64,000 bases of DNA from Candidatus Thalassarchaeaceae archaeon (GTDB lineage Archaea; Thermoplasmatota; Poseidoniia; Poseidoniales; Thalassarchaeaceae): NCBI GenBank assembly GCA_045568115.1, contig JBJLBO010000004.1:66809-130808 (forward strand), read 5' to 3'. Position numbers and translations under genes: made by a program. Positions 10,379 to 20,207 of this stretch are shown here, in pieces (position 1 is the stretch's first letter; each line of letters begins with the position of its first letter). The notes under the pieces are model-generated. The model made no database searches, was not told the DNA's origin, and saw nothing but the letters and a program-made list of their open reading frames with translations.

Positions 10379-11905
10379 ATGGATAATGTCATTGTGAATA
10401 TTGACGGCACGTCATTATCCATTGAATCATTAATTGCAATTAGAGATAACATCGCTGAAGTTAGGCTAACTAAAGAAGCAACAATTTCTATGTCTAATTC
10501 ACGAAAAGCTGTCGAGTCAATAATTGAATCAGGAAAAGTAGTTTATGGAATAAATACAGGATTCGGTGCTTTATCTAACGTCACAATTGATCGTGAAAAT
10601 TTAGCCCAATTACAACTGAATTTGATCCGTAGTCATGCTTGTGGAGTAGGGGAAATAATGAAGCCCGAGCATGTATTGATGATGATGACTATTCGAGCTA
10701 ACTCATTAGCTGTTGGAAATTCCGGAATTCGACCAGAAGTTGTTGAAACAATTCTAGCTCTAATTAATGCACGTTGTGCCCCCATAGTTCCTCGAATCGG
10801 CTCTCTTGGGGCTTCTGGCGACCTCGCGCCACTTTCCCATCTCGCCCTTGGCCTAATAGGAGAAAATGAGTTTTTGAAACAAGATGATGGTGGATGGACC
10901 ACAATATCATCAACAGAGGCCTTCCAGTATGCCCAGTCTAAACCAATTTCTCTCGAGGCTAAAGAAGGGCTCTCTCTCATCAATGGGACTAGTCAGATGT
11001 GCACATTCTTGTCTGTAGCAATCCATGAATTAGAATTGTTAACTTTTACTGCAGACTGTGCTGTAGCATGCTCTGTTGAAGCAATAAAAGGCTCACACAA
11101 ACCCTTTGATAAACGAATCCATAATTCAAGACCACATCGCGGGCAAATGATCTCTGCAGCCCGAATCTATTCATTATTGGCTGATTCTGCAATTAATAAA
11201 TCACATGAAAATTGTGATCGGGTTCAAGATGCATATTCACTACGGTGTGCCCCTCAAGTCCATGGGCCAATTATTGATATCCTTCTAAATGCACGAACCA
11301 TGCTCTCAATTGAATTAAATTCGGCAACAGACAACCCACTAATTTTTGTTGATGAAGAAGGGGGTTTCGAAGTAATTAGTGGAGGTAACTTTCACGGAGA
11401 GAATCTCGCAATTACAGCTGATAACCTTGCAGTCTGTGCCCATGAATTAGCATCAATTTCTGAGCGACGAACAAACCTCATTATGTCCCCAAAGTGGAGT
11501 GGTCAGAAAGCATTTTTGAGTAACACAGAGGGATTAGATAGTGGTATGATGATAATTCAATATGTTTCTGCAGCATGTGTTGCTGAATTACATCTCCTAG
11601 CCAACCCCTCATCCACATCAAATATTGCAGTCAGTATGGGTAAAGAAGATCATGTATCGATGGGATCAACGGCTACTCATCGTTTACTTTCTTCATCTGA
11701 GTTATTATCCAAAGTACTTGCTAATGAATTAATATGCTCTTGTGAGGCAATAAATAGAACCGAGCTAAAGCCTGGCGTTGGAGTTTCTAGAATTTTTGGT
11801 TTGATTACCCAGATTGTGCCTCCATTAATTGAAGATAGGTCTCTATCTCAATCTACTGAACTTGTTTCTAAAACAATACTTTCCGGCGGATTATTGTTTT
11901 CTTGA
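10379..11905 (+). CDS. hutH: Histidine ammonia-lyase
   Basis: GSLGASGDLAPLSHL (ASG MIO-forming triad), 508 aa; GGTGGGCGGAGGGT SD-like sequence immediately 5' of the ATG. Confidence 0.9.
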   Translation: MDNVIVNIDGTSLSIESLIAIRDNIAEVRLTKEATISMSNSRKAVESIIESGKVVYGINTGFGALSNVTIDRENLAQLQLNLIRSHACGVGEIMKPEHVLMMMTIRANSLAVGNSGIRPEVVETILALINARCAPIVPRIGSLGASGDLAPLSHLALGLIGENEFLKQDDGGWTTISSTEAFQYAQSKPISLEAKEGLSLINGTSQMCTFLSVAIHELELLTFTADCAVACSVEAIKGSHKPFDKRIHNSRPHRGQMISAARIYSLLADSAINKSHENCDRVQDAYSLRCAPQVHGPIIDILLNARTMLSIELNSATDNPLIFVDEEGGFEVISGGNFHGENLAITADNLAVCAHELASISERRTNLIMSPKWSGQKAFLSNTEGLDSGMMIIQYVSAACVAELHLLANPSSTSNIAVSMGKEDHVSMGSTATHRLLSSSELLSKVLANELICSCEAINRTELKPGVGVSRIFGLITQIVPPLIEDRSLSQSTELVSKTILSGGLLFS

Positions 11906-11914
11906 GGATTATTT

Positions 11915-12658
11915 ATGCAAGAACGCTTACATCTCAATCATCATCCTGGAACTAATCCTCCTGATTTTTCTACGCGAATAATAGATAAAATTGATGAATC
12001 AATAATTCTTGAATCATCATATTTCTATCCGCGAGGTGGCGGTCAACCAGGCGATATTGGAACGCTTTCAGAAGGGAATGTTTCTGTAGATGTTGGTGAA
12101 GTGTTTGCGAAAGATGTAATCCACCATCCTGTTTCTAATATTGAGATGTTTGAAGTAGATTCCATTATTCAATGTTCTATCGATTCTGAATATAGGAACC
12201 AATTAGCACATATGCATACAACACAACATATTGTTTCAGCTATGGCTGATGAATTATGGGGTGCATCCACTGTTGGAAATCAATTAGGAACTAAAGAATC
12301 TCGTATCGATTTACTGTTTGAGGACAAAACACAATTTAATATGGACCAAATTCAAGATACTGTCAATGAAATTTTGAGGAAGGAAATTCCTGTATTCACA
12401 CATAATTGGACTGCTGATGAAATAATGAATGACGATAGAGTTAGAAATCGTAGTTTCGTTGGTAAAATCCTCGAAAGACTCCCTGAAGATATTACTACTA
12501 TGCGTGTAGTTGATATTCAAGGAATTGATATCTGCCCCTGTGCTGGAACTCATGTTGCAAATATATCAGAACTATCTGAAATTGAAATCGTTCGCATTAA
12601 GCAGAAAGGTTCTGGAAAAATTCGGTTATACACTCAATTGAAAAATGATAACGAATGA
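11915..12658 (+). CDS. alaX: AlaX-type alanyl-tRNA editing protein (AlaRS second additional domain homolog)
   Basis: HxxxH (HMHTTQHIV) and CxxxH (CPCAGTHV) zinc motifs of the Ala/Thr-tRNA editing domain; 247 aa. Confidence 0.75.
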   Translation: MQERLHLNHHPGTNPPDFSTRIIDKIDESIILESSYFYPRGGGQPGDIGTLSEGNVSVDVGEVFAKDVIHHPVSNIEMFEVDSIIQCSIDSEYRNQLAHMHTTQHIVSAMADELWGASTVGNQLGTKESRIDLLFEDKTQFNMDQIQDTVNEILRKEIPVFTHNWTADEIMNDDRVRNRSFVGKILERLPEDITTMRVVDIQGIDICPCAGTHVANISELSEIEIVRIKQKGSGKIRLYTQLKNDNE

Positions 12659-12669
12659 TTTGTATTATC

Positions 12670-12745
12670 TGGTGGGCTCGGCAGGAATTGAACCTGCGAT
12701 CTTCGCCATGTCAAGGCGACGTCATAACCCCTAGACCACGAGCCC
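12670..12745 (-). tRNA. tRNA-Val (anticodon GAC) with genomically encoded 3' CCA
   Basis: Reverse complement folds as a canonical cloverleaf: 7-bp acceptor GGGCTCG/CGAGCCC, U8, A14, GG in D-loop, 5-bp anticodon stem TCGCC/GGCGA with loop TTGACAT, TTCAATT T-loop, discriminator A, CCA. Confidence 0.85.
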
Positions 12746-13221
12746 AGAACAAAGTTAGGCGGCACCATCTCCCAAATGAAGGATTCTCTCCTCTATGTAC
12801 AATGTCACGAGAGGATCTTGGATATTTTAGCCACACATCCTAATTGACTACAAGCTCCTGAAACACGAGTTCTGCCATTCTCCATTATTATGAGTTTAGC
12901 GTTATCTACTTCCACTACCTTCTTACAGCTCATACAATAACCGGAATATGACTCTGCCATAATTACTCTAAGGAGTCATTACATTTCAATTCACTCAATC
13001 AGGGGTAATTTAATTAAAATAAGTAAAAATTACAAAAGTGTGACACTGAGAGGCTGATTTAGATTCACTACCAATTGCTAATTCTGATAATCATCGTTAT
13101 CGGCATAGAGAGCATTGGTAAATTGGCCTTGATAGAATTAGAAATTGCTAATGAGCATTTTGTAATATCGTAAAGTATGTTATGTTTGATTCTTTAGACT
13201 TATATTAAAATAAATAATTTA

Positions 13222-14517
13222 TTATGGTTTTACAGTAATGCCTTTCGAAATAGTTTTCACAACTGGATTGTCTCCGGGGTATTGGCACCAGCCATCTATT
13301 TCTTTTGAGTTGATAATCAATAAATCGGCAGGTCCGCCGACTCTGATAGAGCCGGAGATATGATTGTCATCTTTCTTGAACAGAGTTGATGCAGGATTTC
13401 TCGTTACTGCGATTAATGCTTCAAGTGGGTCTAATCCCAACCTATGAGTTGCGAGACTCCCGACAAATGGGATTGATAGTGAATTATAATTAGGGTTGAA
13501 ATCGGTTGCAAGAGAGAATGCCCAATTATTATCGATACATTTCCTCAGGGGTAAATTCAATTCTTTCCCAAGAATGTATGGAGTCCCTGGGAGGAAGGTT
13601 TGCATACATCCTGCAGTATTTGCCATCGAACGAGCCTCATCAGAGGAATATCCCGCATGATCACCACTGACACAACCTAATTCTGCTGCAAGCGCTAAAC
13701 CACCTGAGTCTACAAACTCATCAACATGAATTCTAGAGGGAAGGTTAGATTTAGAAGCAGCTCGGACAATTTCTTCTGTTTGTTCGAGATTATACCACCC
13801 AGGCTCACAAAACACATCAGCCCATTTTGCTATACCTTGAGAAATAACTTTGGGTAGTTGATTTGTAAGCAAATCCTCGAAGTATGATTCCTTAGATTGG
13901 TCAAAGGGGAAATCATGCGCACCTAACCAAGTGGGGTGAAGATCCATGGTTGATTGATTGTTTAATTGGCCGATTACCGACAACATAAGTAATTCAGATT
14001 CAGTAGATAACCCATAACCACTCTTACATTCCATGGTAGTTGTTCCAAAATTTAATGCGCGTAAAAGACGATCTTTACCCAATAGAGACAATCTTAGTTC
14101 TGATGCGGTTCGCGTTGCCTTTACTGTTTTTGAGATGCCACCACCCATATTTGCAATATCTTTGTATGAATGCCCTAAATTACGTAATTGCATCTCATTA
14201 GACCTATCTCCATCCCAAAGTAAGTGCGTATGACAGTCAACAAAACCAGGAATCATTGCAAATCCTTCGCAATCAGTAATTTCAATAGAATTGGAAATTG
14301 ACTCTTTTCCAAATTCCGAACACAATTTTGAAGAATCATCAATTGAGATGATTTTATCGTTTTCAATTAATACGGCCAATCCTGAATTGTGTACAAGTGA
14401 CTCTCTATCGTTCATTTTAGAACCACTAAGTGGTAAATTTATGTCACCAGCAGATAGATGAGCAATAGGTCCAATATTGTATAACAGGTGTCGCACTGTA
14501 CCACTTGAACACATCAC
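13222..14517 (-). CDS. hutI: Imidazolonepropionase
   Basis: Amidohydrolase fold with DCHTHLLWDG metal-binding motif and length (431 aa) typical of HutI. Confidence 0.85.
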   Translation of the reverse strand: MMCSSGTVRHLLYNIGPIAHLSAGDINLPLSGSKMNDRESLVHNSGLAVLIENDKIISIDDSSKLCSEFGKESISNSIEITDCEGFAMIPGFVDCHTHLLWDGDRSNEMQLRNLGHSYKDIANMGGGISKTVKATRTASELRLSLLGKDRLLRALNFGTTTMECKSGYGLSTESELLMLSVIGQLNNQSTMDLHPTWLGAHDFPFDQSKESYFEDLLTNQLPKVISQGIAKWADVFCEPGWYNLEQTEEIVRAASKSNLPSRIHVDEFVDSGGLALAAELGCVSGDHAGYSSDEARSMANTAGCMQTFLPGTPYILGKELNLPLRKCIDNNWAFSLATDFNPNYNSLSIPFVGSLATHRLGLDPLEALIAVTRNPASTLFKKDDNHISGSIRVGGPADLLIINSKEIDGWCQYPGDNPVVKTISKGITVKP

Positions 14518-15557
14518 TTGATATGTACTCTATCATTCACAAATGTGTGGAAAACGTAATTGTGGGGGTCGAAAGTACCGCGCATACCCTATCTTTTGGC
14601 CTTGTTGAGATGAATGGTAGAGCTCACCCCTCAAAATCATCATTATTTCGCCCGGAAGAGGGGGGCATTCACCCTCGTGAGGCCGCAGATCACCATTCAG
14701 AAGTAGCAGCGGGTTTGCTTTCTTCATTGGTAAATGAATACAAATTGAACTCGAATAATATTTCAGCTATTGCATTTAGCCAGGGTCCTGGTTTGGGCCC
14801 CTGTTTACGTGTGGGAGCTACTGTCGCTCGGGCCATGTCAATTGATTGGGAAGTTCCCTTAGTGGGTGTGAATCATTGTGTTGCTCACATTGAAATCGGA
14901 CGTAGCCAGACGGGGTGCAAAGATCCCGTATTATTGTACGTAAGTGGCGGAAATACACAAGTAATTGCGCGAGCAGGTGATAGATACCAAGTCATTGGTG
15001 AAACTCTAGATATTGGTATAGGGAATATGTTAGATAAATTTGCACGTATGCAAGGAATTCCTTTTCCTGGTGGCCCGAAAATCGAATTATTAGCTAAGGA
15101 ATGGAAAGATAACAATCCAAATGCAAATCTTGAAGAAATTTCACTCCCATATAGTGTACAAGGGATGGATTTGAATTTTTCAGGAATTTTAAATGCTGCA
15201 CAAACAAGAATTAACGAGGGGAAAGATCTAGGTGCAGTTTGTTGGTCCATCCAAGAACATGCATTTGCAGCATGTGTGGAAGTTGCTGAAAGAGCATTGG
15301 CGCATACTGGAAAGAAGGAATTACTACTTGGTGGCGGAGTTGCATGTAATGAACGATTAAGGCAAATGTGTGAAGTCATGTCTGAGGAAAGAGAATGCAT
15401 TGCTTTCTGGCCCGAAAAGAAATATTGTGTAGATAATGGAACTATGATTGCTGAATTAGGAAGGAGAATGATTCAATCTGAATTAAGCACTGAAATAAAA
15501 AATAGTTCGATAAATCCATCATTGAGAACAGACCATACAACCATCATTTGGGAATAG
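14505..15557 (+). CDS. kae1: tRNA N6-adenosine threonylcarbamoyltransferase Kae1 (KEOPS catalytic subunit)
   Basis: ASKHA fold motifs VGVESTAHTLSFGLVE, HCVAHIEIG metal site, GGVACNERL; not fused to Bud32; true start may be the internal Met at 14523. Confidence 0.85.
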   Translation: MNTSLDMYSIIHKCVENVIVGVESTAHTLSFGLVEMNGRAHPSKSSLFRPEEGGIHPREAADHHSEVAAGLLSSLVNEYKLNSNNISAIAFSQGPGLGPCLRVGATVARAMSIDWEVPLVGVNHCVAHIEIGRSQTGCKDPVLLYVSGGNTQVIARAGDRYQVIGETLDIGIGNMLDKFARMQGIPFPGGPKIELLAKEWKDNNPNANLEEISLPYSVQGMDLNFSGILNAAQTRINEGKDLGAVCWSIQEHAFAACVEVAERALAHTGKKELLLGGGVACNERLRQMCEVMSEERECIAFWPEKKYCVDNGTMIAELGRRMIQSELSTEIKNSSINPSLRTDHTTIIWE

Positions 15558-15618
15558 TTAACTTCTGCGAAGCCTTATGTGAAGGTGTTAGGGCGAAAGG
15601 ACAGAGAGGGGCTAAGAA

Positions 15619-16389
15619 GTGCAGAGGAGGAGGAAACCTAAGAACGAGCCGAGGAATATCTTCGACAAGGGCTCTGGTTCCAAAGCACCACGTTCTCCAA
15701 AATCAAAACCTAGAGATCCCCCTCCTCGTCAAAGGCCACAGCCTCGAGCTTCGGTCCCACAACCTAAACCTGTTTCTAAATTATCACCGAAAGGTACTGA
15801 ACCGGTAAAAACTACAAAAGCTCCTATTCTTGAAGAAAAGAAAGAAGATACCGAAGAAGAAATTGAAACTCTCGTTGAAGAACAATTACTTGGTACTTCA
15901 AGTCGAAAAACTAGAGGGTTACAACCAATCTCCAAAAAGGAAGATGAAGGTACAGAAAAAACCGATGAGAGTCGGGCAAGTTCTAGAGCAATTGAAATAA
16001 TTAATGCGACAAAAGTAAGAGCCGCTGAAACGATGAAGAATGAAAAAATAAGTTCAATTCAGAGAAAAAGTAAGGCTGCTGCACCTGTTGTGACTCGAAA
16101 AAGACGACCGAGAATTAAACCGAGTTTTCAACCCGCTAATCGAGAAAAGCGTCTTGATAGATCAAGGCATATGGAATACAAATATGAAATGCGTGGGTTG
16201 CTTGCTGAAATTAATGTTGGAGAAGAGTTTCGTTCCTCATTATTAGGTACTATTTGGGCTAAAGGTGAGCGAAAAAATTCCAATGAAGCGTGTGTATTTA
16301 TCCAAGAAAAAATGAATGAGGGCATTCTTGATGAAGAACAGGCTGAAAAATTGACTCGTATAGTTAACAACTATACAATTAGAAGATGA
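15619..16389 (+). CDS. Hypothetical highly basic, Pro/Lys/Arg-rich (disordered) protein with a ~80-aa ordered C-terminal domain
   Basis: 256-aa ORF; N-terminus RRRKPKNEPR...PRDPPPRQRPQPRASVPQPKP; acidic middle; C-terminal EYKYEMRGLLAEINVGEEF... segment; no recognised family. Confidence 0.4.
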   Translation: MQRRRKPKNEPRNIFDKGSGSKAPRSPKSKPRDPPPRQRPQPRASVPQPKPVSKLSPKGTEPVKTTKAPILEEKKEDTEEEIETLVEEQLLGTSSRKTRGLQPISKKEDEGTEKTDESRASSRAIEIINATKVRAAETMKNEKISSIQRKSKAAAPVVTRKRRPRIKPSFQPANREKRLDRSRHMEYKYEMRGLLAEINVGEEFRSSLLGTIWAKGERKNSNEACVFIQEKMNEGILDEEQAEKLTRIVNNYTIRR

Positions 16390-16444
16390 ATTCAGTTTGC
16401 AAAAACACATAGTTCATCGCCCCCTCTCCCTTCTAACGGTTTAG

Positions 16445-18037
16445 ATGGATGCACCGCGAGTGGAGGATGGCCTACATACTGGGCGCAGTAAACACCCTAG
16501 TGAATCCACACTAAATCGGTTAGAAACACCTGTAATTGAGTCAGGTGATCCTGGTTCTCCGCCTTTTACAAGAGGAATATATTCAGGTATGTATTTGGAT
16601 AAATTATGGACAATGAGACAATATGCAGGATTCTCTGACACCAAATCAACCAACCAACGCTTTCAGATGATGCTCGGTCAAGGTCAATCAGGCCTTTCTG
16701 TAGCCTTTGATTTACCAACACAACTGGGATTAGACTCAGATGATGAACTATCCAATGGAGAAGTCGGGAAAGTTGGTGTGCCAATCGACACAATTCACGA
16801 CATGCGAGCCCTATTCAATGGAATAAAATTAGACGAGGTTTCTACTTCGATGACTATCAATGCCCCAGCGACTTCAATTTTTGCAATGTACGTGGCTCTA
16901 GCCGACGAACAAGGAATAGCTAGAGAACAATTAAGAGGAACGGTGCAGAATGACATTTTGAAGGAATATATTGCTAGAGGGCTATACATTTTTCCGCCAT
17001 CGCAATCACTAAGATTAACAACTGACTTAATGAATTGGTGCGCCAATAATGCACCTAAATGGAATACTATTTCAGTTAGTGGATATCATATGAGAGAAGC
17101 CGGGTGCACAGCAACACAAGAGATCGGTTTTACTTTATCAAATGGGATCCAATACATCGATTCGGCTATTTCTTCAGGGTTGGAAATAGATGATTTCGCA
17201 CCCCGAATGTCATTCTTCTTCGGCTGCCACAACGATTTTTTCGAAGAGATTGCTAAGTTTCGAGCTGCTAGGACACTTTGGCACGATATTGTTACCGAAC
17301 GTTACTCGCCTAATAACCCAAAATCTACAATGTTGAGATTTCACACACAAACAGCTGGAGTTACTCTTACTGCGCAACAACCACTGAATAATTCAGTCAG
17401 AGTTGCCTATCAAGCCCTAGCCTCTGTTTTAGGTGGGACACAGAGCCTTCACACCAACTCTTTTGATGAAGCAATCGGGTTACCTACAGAAAATTCAGCT
17501 CAACTAGCTCTACGCACTCAACAAATAATCGCTAATGAGACGAGAGTTACCGAATCTGTGGATCCACTTGCGGGTTCATATTTAATCGAAGAATTGACTT
17601 CAAAGTTATACCATGGTGCTAAACATATCATTGACAATTTAGATACAAAAGGCGGTGCTCTTAACTGTGTCATTTCTGGCCTTCAACAAAGAGAGATTCA
17701 CGACAGTGCATGGTTGCAACTGAAGGCTATCGAAAATGTAAAAACGAAAGTCGTCGGCATAAACGTTCACAATGTTGAGGAAGAAAATACTCTATCTGCC
17801 CAGAGTATTAACCCGGAGAGTGTAAAAAATATTTTGCATGATTTAGAACTAATTAAGCAAAAAAGGAATGAGGAAGATGTGATAAAATCATTAGAACATC
17901 TTCTTGATGTTGCCAAATCTGAAAGCAATGTAATGGAAGCGATGATTGATGCATACAAATGTGAAGCGACTTTGGGTGAAGTTAATTCTGTTTTAAGAGA
18001 AGTATTCGGGACATGGATATCCCCTAGTGGTGTTTGA
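16445..18037 (+). CDS. mcmA: Methylmalonyl-CoA mutase, large (catalytic, N-terminal domain) subunit
   Basis: FTRGIYSGMY, RQYAGF, GLSVAFDLPTQ motifs of the MCM catalytic barrel; 530 aa without the B12-binding domain. Confidence 0.85.
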   Translation: MDAPRVEDGLHTGRSKHPSESTLNRLETPVIESGDPGSPPFTRGIYSGMYLDKLWTMRQYAGFSDTKSTNQRFQMMLGQGQSGLSVAFDLPTQLGLDSDDELSNGEVGKVGVPIDTIHDMRALFNGIKLDEVSTSMTINAPATSIFAMYVALADEQGIAREQLRGTVQNDILKEYIARGLYIFPPSQSLRLTTDLMNWCANNAPKWNTISVSGYHMREAGCTATQEIGFTLSNGIQYIDSAISSGLEIDDFAPRMSFFFGCHNDFFEEIAKFRAARTLWHDIVTERYSPNNPKSTMLRFHTQTAGVTLTAQQPLNNSVRVAYQALASVLGGTQSLHTNSFDEAIGLPTENSAQLALRTQQIIANETRVTESVDPLAGSYLIEELTSKLYHGAKHIIDNLDTKGGALNCVISGLQQREIHDSAWLQLKAIENVKTKVVGINVHNVEEENTLSAQSINPESVKNILHDLELIKQKRNEEDVIKSLEHLLDVAKSESNVMEAMIDAYKCEATLGEVNSVLREVFGTWISPSGV

Positions 18038-18458
18038 AATGGATTCAGGAAATATTGACCACGTTGGAATTGCAACAAATGATTTAGATTCAAATTCGAG
18101 TTTATGGACACTATTGGGCTTCAAACACACTAATGATGAAGTGAATTCAGAACAAGGTGTAAAAATAAGATTTTTTGAATCACAGAATGGAGGCAGGAAC
18201 CAAACAAGAATTGAATTATTAGAGCCATTAAATGAAGAATCACCCATCTATCGATTTATTCAGAAAAAAGGAGAAGGTATTCAACAAATTGCAATATCTG
18301 TAAATGATATCGAAAAAACGATTGAAAAATTGAAAAAAGAGGGTATTCAAATGATCAATGAAGAAGCTGTAGATGGCTCCTCTGGGTCTCGGATAGCGTT
18401 CATTCACCCCAAATCAGCAGGTGGAGTTTTGATTGAACTAGTTGAACACACAGATTAA
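18027..18458 (+). CDS. mce: Methylmalonyl-CoA epimerase (VOC/glyoxalase family)
   Basis: IDHVGIAT...GVLIELVEH paired VOC metal-binding modules, ~135 aa; overlaps mutase stop by 11 nt. Confidence 0.8.
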   Translation: MVFEMDSGNIDHVGIATNDLDSNSSLWTLLGFKHTNDEVNSEQGVKIRFFESQNGGRNQTRIELLEPLNEESPIYRFIQKKGEGIQQIAISVNDIEKTIEKLKKEGIQMINEEAVDGSSGSRIAFIHPKSAGGVLIELVEHTD

Positions 18459-18481
18459 ACAAAGATAATTATGAAAAAGGG

Positions 18482-18790
18482 TTGCCATTAGGCGGCATCA
18501 TGATTTCATCTATCAACCGTAAATTGGACACCAATTCGTTAACAAAAGCAGATGTTGACATGGCTGCTGATGAAATTTCAGAGACGCTAGCTAACCTACG
18601 TTCTGCTGGCGAAGTATCTAATGATGCATTTCTTGAAGCTGGAATTATTCAAGGAGGACTCAATGTCCTTTCTAACATGATAGAACAAGGCTGCTCTAAT
18701 GATGAATTATCAAGCCATTTACAACAACTTACTGCTAGAAAAGACAGGATTTGTAGTGCATATCCAGAACTTGAAGAAATTATTTCGTAA
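18482..18790 (+). CDS. Hypothetical small helical protein
   Basis: 102-aa ORF with coding-like composition, no recognised motif. Confidence 0.3.
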   Translation: MPLGGIMISSINRKLDTNSLTKADVDMAADEISETLANLRSAGEVSNDAFLEAGIIQGGLNVLSNMIEQGCSNDELSSHLQQLTARKDRICSAYPELEEIIS

Positions 18791-18843
18791 TCGCATAGTA
18801 TTACTATAGTAATACTCTAATAATACAGACGCCTCGGGATTTC

Positions 18844-19026
18844 ATGGCGAAAATTAGTTTGGATATGCCAGACCAACTTTTGGAAGACCTTAGATTGCAT
18901 GTAGGTGATGCGAAAAAATTCGTTTCAGTGGCCGATGCTGTTCGAACCGCTTGCCGAAAAATGTTAGATCAATTAGACGAAATTGACTACAGGCATGGCA
19001 GAGGAATTAGAGGTGATGGAGAATGA
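18844..19026 (+). CDS. Ribbon-helix-helix (CopG/Arc-like) small DNA-binding protein
   Basis: MAKISLDMPDQLLEDLRL... N-terminal beta-strand + two helices typical of RHH; stop overlaps folE start (ATGA at 19023-19026). Confidence 0.5.
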   Translation: MAKISLDMPDQLLEDLRLHVGDAKKFVSVADAVRTACRKMLDQLDEIDYRHGRGIRGDGE

Positions 19027-19604
19027 CTGTTTCTACCGAAGAAGCTGAAAATGCTGTTAAGGTAATTCTCGAATATATCGAGAATGGGGGTAGTGGAAGA
19101 GAAGGGCTCAAGGATACTCCAGAAAGAGTGGTGTCATCCTGGAATGAGCTATTTGCAGGATATGATTTGAAAGCCGCCGAAGTTCTTGATTCAACATTCA
19201 ATGCAGAAGGCTATGATGGTATAGTTTTACTACGTGATATCGAGTTCCATAGCACCTGTGAACATCACCTTCAACCATTCAAAGGAAGAGCCCATGTAGC
19301 ATACATCCCTACTGAAAGGATTGTTGGCATTAGTAAACTAGCACGAATAGTAGATTTACATGCAAGAAAATTGCAAAATCAAGAGAGAATTACCAAAGGC
19401 ATAGCCGATGATTTAGAAGAAAACTTACAGCCTCTTGGTGCCGCAGTAATCATTGAAGCATCACACGGATGTATGCAGTGTAGAGGAGTGAAGAAACAAA
19501 ACAGTATCATGACTACTTCTGCAATGCGTGGTGTGTTTTTCGATAAAAGTGAAGCACGTACAGAATTGATGCAATTGATTCGCAGTTCTCCTTTATCCAG
19601 TTGA
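19023..19604 (+). CDS. folE: GTP cyclohydrolase I (FolE)
   Basis: Signature FHSTCEHHLQPF and ASHGCMQCRGV; 193 aa. Confidence 0.9.
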   Translation: MTVSTEEAENAVKVILEYIENGGSGREGLKDTPERVVSSWNELFAGYDLKAAEVLDSTFNAEGYDGIVLLRDIEFHSTCEHHLQPFKGRAHVAYIPTERIVGISKLARIVDLHARKLQNQERITKGIADDLEENLQPLGAAVIIEASHGCMQCRGVKKQNSIMTTSAMRGVFFDKSEARTELMQLIRSSPLSS

Positions 19605-19613
19605 GGTGGTTTA

Positions 19614-20207
19614 GTGAAATATCCAGTTGTAGAAATCTTCTATTCCGTTCAGGGAGAAGCTTATCACACAGGTATTCCACATGTTTTCATCAGATTTGGC
19701 GACTGTAATCTGAGATGTAGTTGGTGTGATACTGATTTTTTACAATTTAAAGAAATGGAAATGAATGCTATCGTTGAAGAAGTATTACAGTACAATTGTG
19801 ATAGGGTAATTTTTACGGGAGGAGAGCCTGCCTTACAGGATCTCACTACAATTGGAAATGCATTGAAAAAACATGATATTCACCTATCCATCGAGACTAA
19901 TGGGACCATCTCGATTCCCGATATAATCGATTGGATTTGTGTTTCTCCTAAGGATCAATTGTATCCAAATGTTAGCATAAAACAACGCACAGGAGACGAA
20001 TTAAAAGTCGTATATTGTGGTCAGGATCTCTCTATGTATGATGAATTGAAAACCGGTTTCTCAAATCATTATCTCCAACCCTGTTACATAGACTCAGAAA
20101 CTGTAGAAGAGAATGGTCGAAACTTTGCTGCAGTTGAAGAGATAGTGAAGAATTCGCCCGGCTGGAGACTTTCTTTGCAGACTCACAAGTGGATGGGTGT
20201 TGCTTGA
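19614..20207 (+). CDS. queE: 7-carboxy-7-deazaguanine synthase (radical SAM QueE)
   Basis: EIFYSVQGEAYHTG... and CNLRCSWCDT radical-SAM cluster motif; GTG start. Confidence 0.88.
   Translation: MKYPVVEIFYSVQGEAYHTGIPHVFIRFGDCNLRCSWCDTDFLQFKEMEMNAIVEEVLQYNCDRVIFTGGEPALQDLTTIGNALKKHDIHLSIETNGTISIPDIIDWICVSPKDQLYPNVSIKQRTGDELKVVYCGQDLSMYDELKTGFSNHYLQPCYIDSETVEENGRNFAAVEEIVKNSPGWRLSLQTHKWMGVA

Noticed and set aside
15548-15808. 86-aa ORF overlapping the start of the basic-protein gene
   Set aside because: Out of frame with and largely contained in the longer 15619..16389 ORF. Gly/Arg-rich low-complexity translation.
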